Origin: Phoronis australis
Lineage: Eukaryota; Animalia; Phoronida
DNA length: 64,000 nucleotides
Direction of reading: 5' to 3'
NCBI GenBank assembly: GCA_002633005.1
Contig: NMRA01000108.1
Location: forward strand, 921,065-985,064
Position 1 is the first letter of the stretch; every line of letters starts with the position of its first letter. Made by a program: the position numbers and the translations under genes. Below the pieces are notes generated by a model. The model made no database searches. It had not been told where the DNA came from and saw only the letters and a program-made list of their open reading frames with translations. Positions 13,901 through 28,900 of this stretch are shown here, piece after piece.

Positions 13901-16900
13901 TTTGATGCCCGTTTCTCAGTGGAGAAAACTGGTTCTCAAAATACGGGCACTCAAAAGACAGAAAGAACAAAATGTACAAAAATATGGTCTTATAACGTAA
14001 ACCTTGAGTTGACAGAAGCTGATATATTGTCTGAACATGTCTGTAGTGAAGCTAAGATCAGGATTGTGAAAGCCAAGATTGAAACGCCTACAATGCACGC
14101 ACTATCTTCTTCCATATGTCAACTAATCCAAATCAAAATGAACAAATCTTATCCTGCAAGCTGCTGGGTAGCGTTCCGTAGACAAAGTTCGTTGCAAGAA
14201 AACTGAGATCACACAAGACCACACAAAACCACGCAAGTGAACGGCGAGCTTTTCCCAAGTACGGTCCAGATGTTACTAGCGTAACCTGGATTTTACAATG
14301 AGGTTGGAATGTTGAATGCTGGGATAGAAATCCACTTTTCCGTTCCGTACAAGCGAAGATCTCTTACAGCAAGTGCAAAGCTAATACCTGGGGTCTACAG
14401 AATGCAGCCACGTACTGCGCACTGCAACTTCTACCACGACCGTACTAAAAGGGAACACGTTGAAATTTAGACCTCACTCAGTCCCCCATTCTTCATACTT
14501 ACGAGGTTATACTTTCGAGTATTCCATACTAATTCACAAGTGTCCATGAACCACAATGGTGTCCTTGCAATTTACCTCACAATCACTGTCTCTAGAGCTT
14601 TAGGCAGTCACACAGTTTAGCTTTCACAAGGGATGTCCCCAGAAACCAGCTGTAATACCTTGTGCTAGGTCAGGTATTATCTCGTTAGTACCTCCTTCAC
14701 AGGTGATAAGGGTATAGTAGAGGCCTCTTACAACCGAGACCACTTGTAACTGACCAATGGGTCCATAGGTAGTTATTATCGCTGAATACCTGACCACTGG
14801 CATTCATTGCATGACAAGTAGCCGACCTGGCAAGGTTAACGCTCAGTGCCAACATAGCTGTGGCTTTGTCAATATTCTGTTAGGACACTTACATTCAAGG
14901 TGTCAAGCAAGGCTCGCTTTTACCTGTTTTGAATTTGTTTTAAGTCTGTGTTACACCTTATAAGTTAACACCCATCTGGTTGAGATTCAGGATATATTAC
15001 CAATTACTAAACATGGCTGAGATTCAGGAGAAAATGTGAATTTTTCTCTAATGCATTTTGCTCTGACTGCGAACATTTAACACTTTAAACAAAATGGATA
15101 TAGAATACTAATGAGCAGAAAAACAGTATTGGGTGTTTTAAACAATTACCTAATTGAACAACTGATGTGAATAGGTGGTGCATTAAAGTTCGAAGTTTTC
15201 ACTTCTGTGAGGCAATCTCTGAAACTACCGTACTTACCCAAACAAATTTGAATGGGAACCTGCGATGTACACAAAACTAACAACAAAACACCTGAGGCAC
15301 AAATCAAGACTTCAGGGACTCTGTTTCACTAAATGCCTTATACCAACTTGTTGTTCGTACGTCTGATTTTTAACAGTAAGAGATACCTGTTTAAATATCA
15401 CTTCTGAAGTTGAAAGTTCAGAAAAAAAACTTTTGTTTTTAGTGATACATTAACTTAATTTTACTGAATAATCACGCACTTTAGAAAGCGTGAAGTTACG
15501 ACTGTTTAGTGAAACAGTAGCCAGGCACATTGTTTTCATCATTTGAGTGCGAAACAAACAGTGAAGATGGATGATTCAACACAAGAGATGATTCGAAATT
15601 CAAAACGAAAATGAAAACCACCCTCTCTTGTGGCAAATTCTACACCATGCAAGACTGGCGGTAGTATCTACCATTTGAACTCGACTGTACCCAGCATCAG
15701 TACTCCACTCTGTAGTAGACATGTCTCAAAAGCTTGGCTGACCAAGTGATTGTGTGACCAATTACACTTCACTGAGGACTCCTCTACAAAATGATTATTG
15801 TCCACAGGTAATACATACCTGGCAGGTAGTAATTCACACCTGAATAGTCGTTGTTACATAACCTGGGCCAGTGCCATGACTCTGTGGAATTTAACAACAG
15901 GCAATGGGACTAGCTTTTGTGGGCCATCTTTTGTGAGAATGGCTCTGTCAAAATATGACAGCTCTAAGTCAGATCTCTGATTGCAGTTGAGATTCTACAG
16001 TTTACAAGGTGAGACAACAGGTAACATGTAGGAAGGTGATTACAACACCTGGACATTCTGGGTTAGTGGGTATCATACAAGTACCCTCCTGGAATGGGGG
16101 TCTCGGTTATGGAGCCCCATTGTTAACGAGATGAGAGCAAGACAAATATAACCTGGACCAAAGGGCAGGAGATGAATTTATTTTGGTGTCTTCAGTTTCA
16201 AGTACAAGCAAACTTCATGCATGAAAAATAGTACAGTCACAAAAATGGCTAAAAATACAGTAGCTGAGGTAGGAAACCACAACAAGTAACAGTTGAAAAC
16301 TACCTGCATAACTTACCTGAAATCAACCACAGGAATCCAAAGGTGGCACTTCAAGCCTATCAGTCCCTCAAATTAATCCAAATATTCCACACTAAATCGC
16401 TCTTGTAGTTTAATTAACATGAACAGAATGATACTCTCTGGCTAGTCTTCCGCCGAACGAATGTTTCTCACTGACAATTGTCTGAAAGAAGAAATGTGTA
16501 ATAGTTAATAACATCTTTCACATAAAAATAGGACAAAAACAACCATGAACAAAGCAGTGCATGAGTGGCAGCACTAAATCAAGAACCAACATCCACTGCT
16601 TCCCATCATAGGGGCCACCAACACACAAACACTGCTTCCCATCATGGGGCCCACCAACACACCAACACTGCTTCCCACATGGGGCCCACTAACACACCAC
16701 CATGAAATAACACCTATTAGTGTCACAGAATAAATGCTTCCATGAAATACCTGATCTAGCTTGTTCAAAACAACATGCCCGCTCGCTCGGAACACCATCA
16801 AATCATCCACAGCAAAAATTTGTTGTGTTCCTGACATGTGTATTCCTCCTAGGTCAAAACATTCTGGCACAATTCCATTCATAAAATCTGGCTCAGGGAT

Positions 16901-19900
16901 CTGACAAGAGATCAAATTCACCCAGTCATTATGCCACTAATTTGTTTACCATGTGTATTGGCCTAGTAATGGGCATACAAAGGGAATCACAAGGGGACAT
17001 TCCACCAACCTGTCAGCCATTAATTCTGTAGAAATAGGTCAATGTTGTCAGGGGTGCATGTCTGGAGAGATTAACATATGCAAAATAAGATTTTGGTAGC
17101 CAAGGTTTACCCATTTCCAAAGCCAGGAAGGAAACAGGTAACAAAACAAGAATCATCCACCCCTAATGCAACCAAAACCCAATTCATTGGAGATAGGGAT
17201 ACGGGATTTTGTCTGGTGGGTGACAAGCAACAAACATAGGGTGAAGTGTTTTCGCTACATGTATTCAAAAATCGTCCTGTACTATGTTTGAAATATTTTG
17301 CACCGTATTTATAAATCCTGCGCCATGTTTGAAAAGCTCTGAGCCATATTTAAATTCTTGAGCGATGTTTAAAAAGCCAGATAGTTTTTTCTGCTTTTAA
17401 GCCAAATTATTGAATCTGTGTTCCATTGTGGTACATGTTTCATAAAAATGATAGCGGCAAACCTCGCAAGTGAAAATAATGAGTAACTGCAGTTGTTTTA
17501 AGATATAACATAATCAAAGATTACTACAACAGGAACACCACATACTGTTTACACCTTGTTTGAATTTTTGGGGTGCTTGAAATTCATCGGTGTCCAGGCA
17601 CCCTCCATACCCTCTGGATCCACACCAACATTACCCTTGTACAACTTGAGGATGTACTGCCAGTGTTCTCCACAACCCATTTTTACTCTTCTCTGTGTCG
17701 AGTTTGGCTTTCTTGCGTCGACTTTGAAAGCCTATGCAACAAGTTTGCAGTATTGGTAGATCGGTCATTTCTTAAGCAAATTTGGACATTTTGGATTTTT
17801 GGTGCCAGGTCAGTGATTTTATTCCCAGAGTTAACACAATATGGGCATGGACTTTCGAACATGTACATGAATTTTGTAATTACTGTCGAGTTTGAATTTT
17901 CTGTTGTGGAGACCACTGGTTTCTGAATTAACCGCTAGTGTATTCAGTTAAATTGATCCTTGCTTGCTGTACTGTACATGTCAGGGTTACGGTGCCCACC
18001 CCAAAATCCCAACAGTTTCACTGCTGAACGCCTATGCTCGGTTTCAGGTGACAAGCGCGAACGTCTCTGTGAACTCCCATCTCACGAGAATTTTACACGG
18101 CATGTTTGAATAATGAACAGACAGTTCTAACGGCACCTTACCATATTTGGGCGGGAAAATATTCACACTTTACTGGGAGATGCGAAGTGGTTTTTTTCAC
18201 TCCTTCGCATTCCAGTATTAACTTTCTTGAAAAAAAATTGTTATAAGCATTCGCAGGAGCAAATAGACTATTCGGTATGAATACCTATTTCCACTTCTCA
18301 AAAATTTCAATTTTAATTAAATATCCACGCTTGGCTTAAGCCCAGATTTGCCCAGTGCGCTTGACTGCAGGAACTGAGCCAGAATTATAGGCTTGCTGAA
18401 TATAAACTTCAACATAATTGAAACTAATTATTATCATGTTAAAAATACTAATGCTAACTATACAAAGATAATCGCATTTCCTTGAAGACAGGAAATCTTG
18501 CGGCGAACACTTCATGAAAATTTCTAAGGGCCATTAATACAAAAATAGCTAAAAAATCATTATACACATCTACTACAAGTACCAAAAACAGACACAGAGA
18601 TAATTTTGTTCCACAAAATCCTAGTTAAAACCAAGTATAAAAGAGTTCAGTTCCAAGCAAACACAGCACAAGTCACAGGCTACAGCACTACAACAAATAA
18701 CATAGGGTATCTTCACCAAAACAATAGTAAATTTATAGATAACATAAGAGTCTTTTATTCCACGTCTTCACTCACAAATCTGACCACGTGCAACAAAATT
18801 GGTCTTCATTTCCGGCTTTTATAGCTTTTGTGCAGCACTTTCTAACGGTACAGTGAGTAAAGTCTGCTGTTTCTTGACGTCTCTTCACTCAGAAATCAAT
18901 AGCTTCCCGCCTAATCCCTGATAATTACCGTGTATTTGCAGGAGAGCTACATATTAACTTGCCACGCATACACAAACTGTCCAAGCATTAGTTATCATAG
19001 CGGTAACTAGTCAACCGCAGACCGCAGACTATGCCTGAACCACAGGTGAGGTAGAGCAAGAATTAAAAGCATGTCGACACGGCTAGCAAACAAGAAAGGA
19101 CTGTCCAATACCTGGGAGGAGTGAATTGACAGGCAGACGGCATCCACGCTTTTAGTTACAGTTTTGTAGTATAATGTATCTAGTAAATTATCGCTTGTTG
19201 AAATATGCTTGTCACACTTTGTAGTCAAAGTTTTGTAATGAAACAAATTTGTTGAATTATCAATCAAATGAAAACTTATGGCATAGGAAACTGAACTGGA
19301 ATAGTTTCAAAATCATAATGGCGTGAAGTTTTCCTACGTCCCCAGTGTTATTTACAAGCAAAAGTACAAAAACAACACAGAATAATCATTTGCAATTTTC
19401 AAATACAAATACAAATACAAATACAAATACAATGCCTGCAGAAACTGTCAACTGCTTCTAACACGTGACATTTCTCACCGAGCATCAGAAGTTAATATTA
19501 AAACGATAAGAACATATTTATATAAAAAACATTTTGCAACATTGGAATTGTCTAAAAGCAGTTCTCTTAATATATCGTTTGCGGGACACAAGGAAAAGGG
19601 GGGATTTTTAACCCCCTTTGCTTGACATCATGGTACTAACCTGCTGCTGCACAGTGGAGTTCTTTTGATTTTCCAGGTGCAAGGCGATACACCTTAGGTG
19701 AGGACGTTCAAGGAAACCTGCAAGTGGCCTTTCCTGTCCCATTTTGTCAAAACTGATTTTAGGGAAGAACATTCTAAAGGTTCATTCACCACCTCCACGA
19801 CAGCACAGCACATTTCTTCTAAAAATACGACCAACCTAACCACCATGAATGCCAGATATGATTCTAACACACAAAAAATGAGTCGAGGAATGTTTAAACA

Positions 19901-22900
19901 TTAAAATGCTGAAGAGATCAACTCATAACAGCTGATAGTTCAATCTTGTAAATGTCAGCAGACGGTGGAACGAACGGGATGAATGGCTCAATGGATCGAC
20001 TAACAACACAGAATTATGTTGGAAAACAGAAATACTTGACCATCCAGAAATCACCAGTATTGATAGCAGGTGATGGCGAGCGAGACATGCTGGTATCACA
20101 GAAAATTGCAGGTAACTAGTTTTTATGCCTGTGCCCACATAAATGTTCATCAGATGAGAGGGAAGGGGGAAAGTTAACAAAATGCATCAATTTCACCTTC
20201 CTCAAACACACTAGGGCTTGCAATAAACAGCACACATCACAGCTGAGAATGACCATCCAGCATAAAAGGATGTAGTAATCACAAATGAAAAGAACTGAAA
20301 AATGTATGAATTTCAAGTTATATCGACTTCTTCCTCAGACCATGGAAACCTTTACTCCCAGAAGTCAGGTTCATGCACAATGACTTCGGACTGAGACAGA
20401 AATTTGGTCTTAAGTAAGTTCCACTTCACTAGTTGCATTGTCATGTAATTATTAGCGCACTTGGAATAATTTCTACAAATTTTTCTCAGTATGTACCAAT
20501 TGTGGATATATTCTCAGATACTTTCTTCGTTTGCTTAAGTGATTTTACCTATCTTTCAGAAATAGTTTATTTGTCACTGGGCGTAACACCAAATTTCTTT
20601 CTTTTATTTCTCAAGTCACTTTGCATGAAACTGAACCAAGAGGACTGAACGACAGCCCTGAAACAAGAACCGGGATTTTCTGTAGTCAAGTACAACACGA
20701 TGAAACACCAATGGGCGATTAGTCGGAAAATTATGCCCATGTGCGTTTATTTGGTGTTATAACTTCTAGTGTCAAGTGTCCAGATAGTGGAGCGTTTTTT
20801 ATTTGGAAAATTTCCTCTTAAAAGCCCACTCGGCATCAACTTTTAGTCACAAATTCAGTTTTGTGGAGCATTTATCATTTATAAAAACAAAGTGCTGGCG
20901 AACCCAGAAGGGTTGTTTCACTTACAAAAATACATATTGCACTTTATGCTAGCATTTGCCTCGCCAAAACTATGACTTTCCGTTTACACGCACCCTTTTC
21001 CGAATAAACACGTGGCGTTTATTTGGTGTTACTAAAACACCTGAAAATTTTCATTTTCTGATTACACCCCATGGGCTTATCTACGGATAATCCCCCGGTA
21101 GCGATTTTAAGCAGACAAACCTGGCAAATGTTAAGAGCTATTGCCAAATTTACAAGTTCAAACATTTCATTAAAAGTTAAATGTAATGTTAAACCCTTCC
21201 TAAGACACTCACCGTCTTAATTTCATCAACAATCAACACAGCTGTCACCTCACAGGATGCGGGGAAAACACACACCTCTTGCTCAAATTGTTACTATGAA
21301 AGTATGGAGCGCAAACAAAATGAATATTTTATATCTGTCTAATGGATAACACGCTCAATCGCCATATGAACAACTATTGGGGCACAGGTTTCTAAATTAC
21401 CGTCTGCAGGGAGATGTTGCGCCATACAACAATGGGAAAAAATTGATCGCGTTAATTAAAACTATACAAGCGAAACGCATACGGGAATGGAGCAGGTGTG
21501 TGTCTGTGAGTTTGTCAACAGAAGTAGTCTAGATTAAGAAGGAAGGTTGGTAATTTACAAAAGAAAACCCAAGTTTAAAGCCTGAAGTTGACGGTACACC
21601 TTGTGGGAATGTCCTCAAAATATTGTTTGACGGTAGCAGAGGGATAGAGCTAAAAATGGTGGGGAATTTAGTTGGTGCTACTTACTTTTTATAAAAATAA
21701 TAAAAATTAAATTTTACTAATTAGGTACATTGTAGGAGACACTTTACTCTAATTCTTCAGATATTTTCAGGGCTAAAATTATAATTGATATTTAAACCTT
21801 CTATGAATAACAAAAAATACTGATGAACTGCGCGGACGAGCAAAATCCATCTTACTGCCTGCAACACATTCAGTTTTGCAAGATATTGAAAAAATATTTG
21901 CAGGCAGTCTAGTCCATCAAGTAACAGACGTGCGCAGGCCGTTCAGGAGGGCTCTCTGCACTGATCACCTGGAACCATCTTTATGCTTTATCAATATACA
22001 ACTGTATAGTTTAAACTGAGCTGAGGAACTAGAAACCTGACTCAAAGGACTAGCGGTGTCGGTGCCCCCGTGCGACTCGTACCTACAACTCTGAGTAAAA
22101 GCGTGGCCACTTATCTCACTAGGCCCCACTGGCTCCTCAAACATGTTTTTTAATTTAGAACAGGTATCATAACTGGGCTGATGGGGTTGATGCAGGCCTT
22201 CAGCTGTAATTCAACCACTAACTCTTGAAGCATTAACTAGAAAAACACAATGAATAAAAATGGATCAAACTGTGCCGAGAGCTATTTCTACTCAGCAAGC
22301 AGTGTTGAGATAAATAACATCTGATTGAAAAATATACCGAGCATTCGAGCAAATTATTGTGCAGGAAATGAGAAATAATTTTTATACATGAACTAAATCT
22401 TCTGGAGTTCGTGACATGCCAGAAATATTTTTGTTACTAAAGTGACATTACGAACGAGAAAATTGATTTTCTGAACTTGGCCCACGCACCGATTCGAATC
22501 GAGAACCTTGAGATATGCAGCCAATGAGCTATGACTGTATTTCAAGCGTGTTGAAACGGTAAAATCACCGACCTTGATTTCAGCACGTCTGGCAGACATT
22601 GGCAACAACTGGTGGTTTGTCATAAAATCACAAAAACCATGGATTTTATTTTATCATAGCTCTGTTCAAAGCTAATAACATCAAGAAGTTTACGCATCCG
22701 ACAATAATCCCAAAAATAAAATTTTAGGCCCTAAAACCCAATAATATCTCTTTAAGATTACAGGTAAACAAAAATTCCGAACTGCAAAAGATTAGTTCTA
22801 CTTGAGCTTACACTTCACAAAAGAAGTAAGAAAAGCAGTTTTTCTCAGATTTACTTATTCTGCGGCTACATGATAAGCTTACAACTGCAGAAAATTGCAC

Positions 22901-25900
22901 AATTGCATAGGCACGTCAAATAATCTGGCAGTACTGTGCTCACACCCATTCTGAATATTCAGCCAGGTTACAAAAGCCTCTAGATGCACTCTAGGTGACA
23001 CAGAGAATTGAATGCATTAGAAAGTCAAACAAGTGGAGCATAATGTGCTTCATAGGTCTGTACTCCCATCACAAGAAACCAATGAAACTGAAAATGACCT
23101 TTGCTCTTGCAATGGTAGAACCAGATACTCCATTGAATTTTTATTATTCAATCATTGAAATCAACTCATTTTTTGAAAACTTCTCACATTCTTCAATAAA
23201 AAATCAAAAACTGCACTTCGTCAGGCTAAGCTGGTTAAAAGGAAAATTGAATTATTCTCATAAAAACTGATCTCAAACATTGCCCTTACTATTACAGAAC
23301 TTGTTCTCTGTTACCAAAAAGAACATGCAAACTCCCAACAGGTAAAGAAACATGTCAAAAAATTGGTGATTTTATTGGGGTTCACCAACCCTGACATTTG
23401 AATATGGCACGAAAGGACTTCCATTCGAAAACAGATCAGTCATGTAACAAAACAATGACCAATTCGCTGTTCGTTTTGACTCTTCAATTAAAACTTGAAA
23501 TATGTTTAAATTGAAAGTTAAATAGGGCGAAATCCAGCTTGAACAGGACAAAATGCGGTTTTCAAAAACTCTACCAAAGCAAGTGGCTTTAAACACTCTA
23601 TCAAAATATTCAAGCTAAACAGAACTTTATACAGTTTTTTGAATGGTCATATTTCCTCATTACCTCGTGGGCATTACACAGCAATAAGAATTCCCATATT
23701 TATCAACTTCAAAAATCTGATGTTAACTACAAATTCAAATTATATTACTCTTAGTTTTGGATAACGTAAAATTCTTCAGGAGCGTTCTAAGCAGGAACAC
23801 CTCTAAAACAGATCAGCACAAATTTAGGAAAATCCTTCAAAGAGCCAGGTGAATTCTCTAGCCTCTCTTACCTTTCAACACCAGTGCGCCAATGACCTTA
23901 ACCTTGGTTGTACCGCATAGATCAAACATTTGTCTGACGAGGATATCTCAGTGGTTAAAAGTGCAATGACATTTAACAGCGAACGCATGCCTGCCCAAGA
24001 AGGTCAACCGCACCTCACCACAGGCAACAATTGCTGACCATATTCACTACAACTGCATCCTGCAAGAGCATATCTAAGGCCATCTACCTAAACTAACATG
24101 ATTTTTCAACTTTGACAACACTTTAAAGATTATTTTTGTTGAAAATAGTACTTGCACCTGTCAAATTTACATTTCCTAAACACACTTGTAGTGTATGCTC
24201 AGAGGGCGGGACCTAATTTGTCGGTGTGTTTAAGGTTATACAGGGCCAAAGAAAAATTCCAAATTTAGCTTATCTTGGAACATCATTGTCTCATAAAAGC
24301 ATTATGGGATTGACAGGAAATTTTCAAAAACCGAGCTTTTTTCGGTGCTCTCTAAAATGACGTGAGGAATAGCTTTTGAAATGTCCCACAATTGCATGAG
24401 GGGCTATCATAAAATAGGACTTTTTTATCTTTATCAAAAATTCATAACTAGTATTACACAAGAACAATATGAAAGTTTAAAAAACTGTAACACTTACGTG
24501 ATTTAATCTTGAGCATTAGAAATGAAATTCGGTCATGTTTTCAATACATAAGAGTTAAAATCTATGGAGTGCTTTTCTAGATAGTAACTAAATACAAAGA
24601 CACAGGACAACACACATAAAATAAGGTGCTTGTATCATTGAAATTTGCCCCACAACTGAGAAACAAGACAGATGATTCTCATTTCTTTTGTTTTAATTGA
24701 ATCATTACAACTTACAGAATTAGTGTCTAGTGCAATCTACAACATCTGTGGCTATAACTTGGTTGTATTAAATAATGTTGTATTTAACTATACATCTATA
24801 TATGTATGTGTAAGTGTGTATATACATTTGTATATGTGAATGTATAGGTGTATACTGTATGTATATGTATGCATATGCAGTAAATTTCTATTTATTTTGC
24901 ACAAAAATAACTACCAGAACTGTCACTTTCCATTTCTTAAAGTCTTACTCCTTTACTTAAGCACAATACAAACCATGCTGCTAGTAGGAGACTAAAATGT
25001 TCTTGATCTTTATTTTGTTGAAAAAATTGACAAAATAGAATGTCATTGTCCGCCATATTGGTGCTAAACAAATGAAGAACTAGCATGTATCCACTGTACC
25101 TGTCAACCCTACAGATGATTTTACCTTTACTGATATTGCGTTGGGTACTTAAGTATTGCAATGGTCAGACTGAATTTTCAATACGCAGCAGCACCCCCAC
25201 TCATCATTTGGAATAGAAACCACCGATAAATTTGCCGACTGTAAAAAAAAAATTTGGAAGTTACACTGAACGCACTGAATCGTTCACGCTGTGAGCGAGG
25301 TTAGATATTCAGCGTGGGTTGAGTAATGTATCGGTCAATGACGCGCAAAGAGTGATAATAACAGTGGCGTGTTCACCAAAGTGTAAGATTCACAGAAAAA
25401 CATTATCCAACCAATTCTGCATGCTTAATTTTCGTGCTCTATTGCAGACCACGCCTGATCAACAGTTGGAACACATTTAAGGTGCACCTCCTGATATCTA
25501 ACATCAAACAGAAGGCCACAATGAAATTGTTCATGTGGTCAAATTGTGGGCAAATTGCTTTAATCAGGCATAATGCATACAGGTGTAAACAAACCTACAC
25601 AGCTTTTGTATATGAAAAAACATATGGTGGTCCACAGTCGAAATTTTTCTATATTTAGAAAGCTTGAATAGGTACCCTAAGTAATCCAAAACATAAGTAC
25701 TAGAGCTTGGGCATAGCACTTAACAGGTGCAATGGGATTTTGGTTTTGATACAGGACAAAAGGCCTTACACCACATGGTGAATGCAGGTTTGGCTCACAG
25801 GCGAAGACTGGAAGGGGTAAACTTTCAATTTTCAATACCCCACTCTGCCCTTATCCTAAAGGTTACCACCAACTGAGCCTGCCACCAAAACTATGGACAG

Positions 25901-28900
25901 TGATCCAACTGTACAGACAGGGATGGAACATTTTGACGAAATTCATACACCTGAAATTATGTAAATTTCACCATTCTGACTCACCTCAAGAAGCCATTAA
26001 CCAAACCTAGTGTGGTCCCTCATAGGTCAAAATCAGTATCAGATATGTAACCTTGTTTCTGCCCAAGAGGTGTTCGTAAATCCCAGTAACTTTTCAAGAT
26101 CAAGGCCAAACTTCACAGGTAAACCTCTCGCATGCACACACTGAATCTTTCAGGTAAATTCTCCCTGAAACCTGTCCAACTTGGTCATGACCAAAGGCGT
26201 TACTCCTATTTAGTTACCTCTGCTATGATTGACATGTCATGCAAACTGCCAAGTTAAGTGGAGGAACACCCATCAGCATGGGCAGTTGACACATATTGCA
26301 GTAATTGCTAGGTAACCCTATTACCATCCAAGTTATCGCAAGTAGCACAAAAAAAGACCAGTCACTACTCGTTATTAATGACACCAGAGACCCCTGTGAG
26401 GATAACTTCTACGGACACAACTGTAACAAAAAGTCCACGCTTCGCTGTTATATTCAAGCATCGAAGCATCAATGTTAAACAGGAAAACGCAACAAAAATT
26501 TCATATAAAATAGCCCAAGACACATCCCTTAGGTCCCTTCGCCCTCCAATGCACACACCAAAACAAACCATGGTGCACCCAACCCACACCCACTACCTGA
26601 GGCACACCTTTACACTGTACTTCACACCCAACCAACAGGTACATGCACTTGAACTGCATAACAATAAGTGGAGCCTCAGACAAGAGGTCGAGACTGATCA
26701 AGTGTTGACTAGCTCTGCACATCTAACACTTCACAGAGATGGACAGCAGTTAGCAAGTGACATTATCCTACATGTAATAGGACTGCACTTTGCGTCAGTG
26801 TAACTGTAGAATTTGATGACACCAGCTTTTTCTGACACACCTAAAAGTGGTTTCTCGAAGAGCCTACAGCCAAAAGCTGGGGCGTTTTTTGGCTATTGAC
26901 TTGCTTTTAGTCTGCTCCCAAGCAGGCTACAATTTTTTGTCTTTCAGCTTCGAATTATAATCAGAATTTCTGACTTTTAGCCCCAAGACAAAAGTCACCA
27001 GGCCGGGCCCATTGTAATGATCGCAGGATTATTACTCACAGGAATCTTTCATTACAGGTTCCTCATGGGTAAAGTCCTCCAACCTACCTTTTTCTCGAAA
27101 AGTTGTAGAGGCCAAATGATCACGTATTTCATGTGATCTGTGGCAAAAAGTCTTTTATGTCAACAAAAACAATGAGAAATGTGCGGTTAACTTGTTGGCA
27201 AACAATGGTCTTCTCTCTACAAATGCATGCATTCAGGAAGTCACAAAGTAAACCTTATCCACAAAATTTCGAAACAGAGGCGCGGGCACTTTACCACATA
27301 AGAGGAACTAGTACATTTCTATTTTATTACCTTTATCTCTTTCACGCCAATTTTTATTCTAATATCACAACTAAAGCAAAAAATGGAATGTTACAGGGTA
27401 ACTTTGTAAACACACATTAACCGGTTTTTCACTCACATCAGACACTTGCTAAAAAATTAGAGGGTGGAGCATAAAGCCGATCATGGTTGTTTAAAAACAT
27501 GTTTTTCAGAAGTCAGTTGTGGGAACTGATCAGCTGAAACTACCACACTGACTATTCATTACTCGAAGCTAAGCGACTTTAGCACGTTTCTGGGTTTCAA
27601 AATTTGCATGAGACTGCTGTTTAGAAAGACACAGCCACTTTCAAGGAAGTCTCGACAGCATAAATTAGGGTGGACATTAAGTCGATCATGGGTGTTGCAA
27701 ATTTGCAGGCGTTAACCCAGTTGGCTACAACACTTCTTCAAATGCTCGATACAAATGAAAGGTGCTTAGTTAAACGTAAGCTCATTATCCGTTTCAAAGC
27801 AGACTTTTTCCGATCAATACCAAATCAACAACTGATAGGATTACAAAAGTTGCAATCTCATTTACATCTGCTGGAAAACCTTATTACGAGATTAGGTTTT
27901 ACTTAAACCATGAAACTAGTTTCAAGAGTTAATGGCCAATTGCATAGGTTCTCACCACCAGGTGGCACTCATGAAGAAAGGTTCCTTTTTACCATCTGAA
28001 TACAGGTAGACTGAGACTACACAGCAAAACGGTTACAAAATTTTCAATTTAGCACATTGCTAAAATTGTTATGTTTTTATTTTTCAGATGCTTACCATGT
28101 CGTTGTAAATGCTCAAAATTTTACCAAATATTTGGAAATAGCTATGCCATACATAATCATGCTATACGCAAAGTAAAGTTTCCTGAGAAGTCATTTTTGT
28201 TGAGAAATTTGGATAAATGAAGTTTCACCTGTCCGCCATATTGTGTACCAAACTGAAAAATTTTTACCATCGGAAAGAGGGCACTGTGAATTCATGTATT
28301 TGTCTATTTTGTAAATTTTCCTAGCTAAGCATCTTATTCAGTATATTCATCCCACTTCAAAGAATAGTTTTGCAGAATCGCTCAGATTTATCAACCTTTT
28401 CAAAAGCATCAAAACGAATGCCAGGAAAAAATATTCTATAAAGAAAGGTAAATCAACATTTTGGCGGTACTCTTTATGAAAGGGCGTGTGGTAAGAGGAT
28501 ACAGCTGACATACCATTCTAAATCACTTAAAATTTCGGTAAAAAACTTGTAGAAGGAGACGAAAATTAATACATTGAAAGCCTTTTAGGGGAAAGAATGT
28601 CTCCAAAAACAATAAGTTTTGTGCACCTTTGATGTGTAAATAATTCGAGACAATCCCTTATTTAATTCCAGAACCACAGCAATATTAGCCTTTAGACGCG
28701 ACAGTAATCAAGACACACTAGCTCCCCCTGTCCCGTCTTACATTCACCAGAAAACCCGCTCATCCCCACCCCCCCCCGGTTCATTTATGGTTGGCATAGC
28801 TGGCCTGTTCCAATATAGTTGCTCGCATACCTGTACAAAACATAGCAAACATTCCTTCACCTGGATATCTCTTAGTACACTATCATGGTAAACATAATTA

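Noticed and set aside
21213-21248. Exon-like VTAVLIVDEIKT with a strong donor, reminiscent of class-III aminotransferase LIxDEVQT
   Set aside because: Its phase 0 end cannot join the phase 1 exon at 19717, and no other aminotransferase motifs are present.
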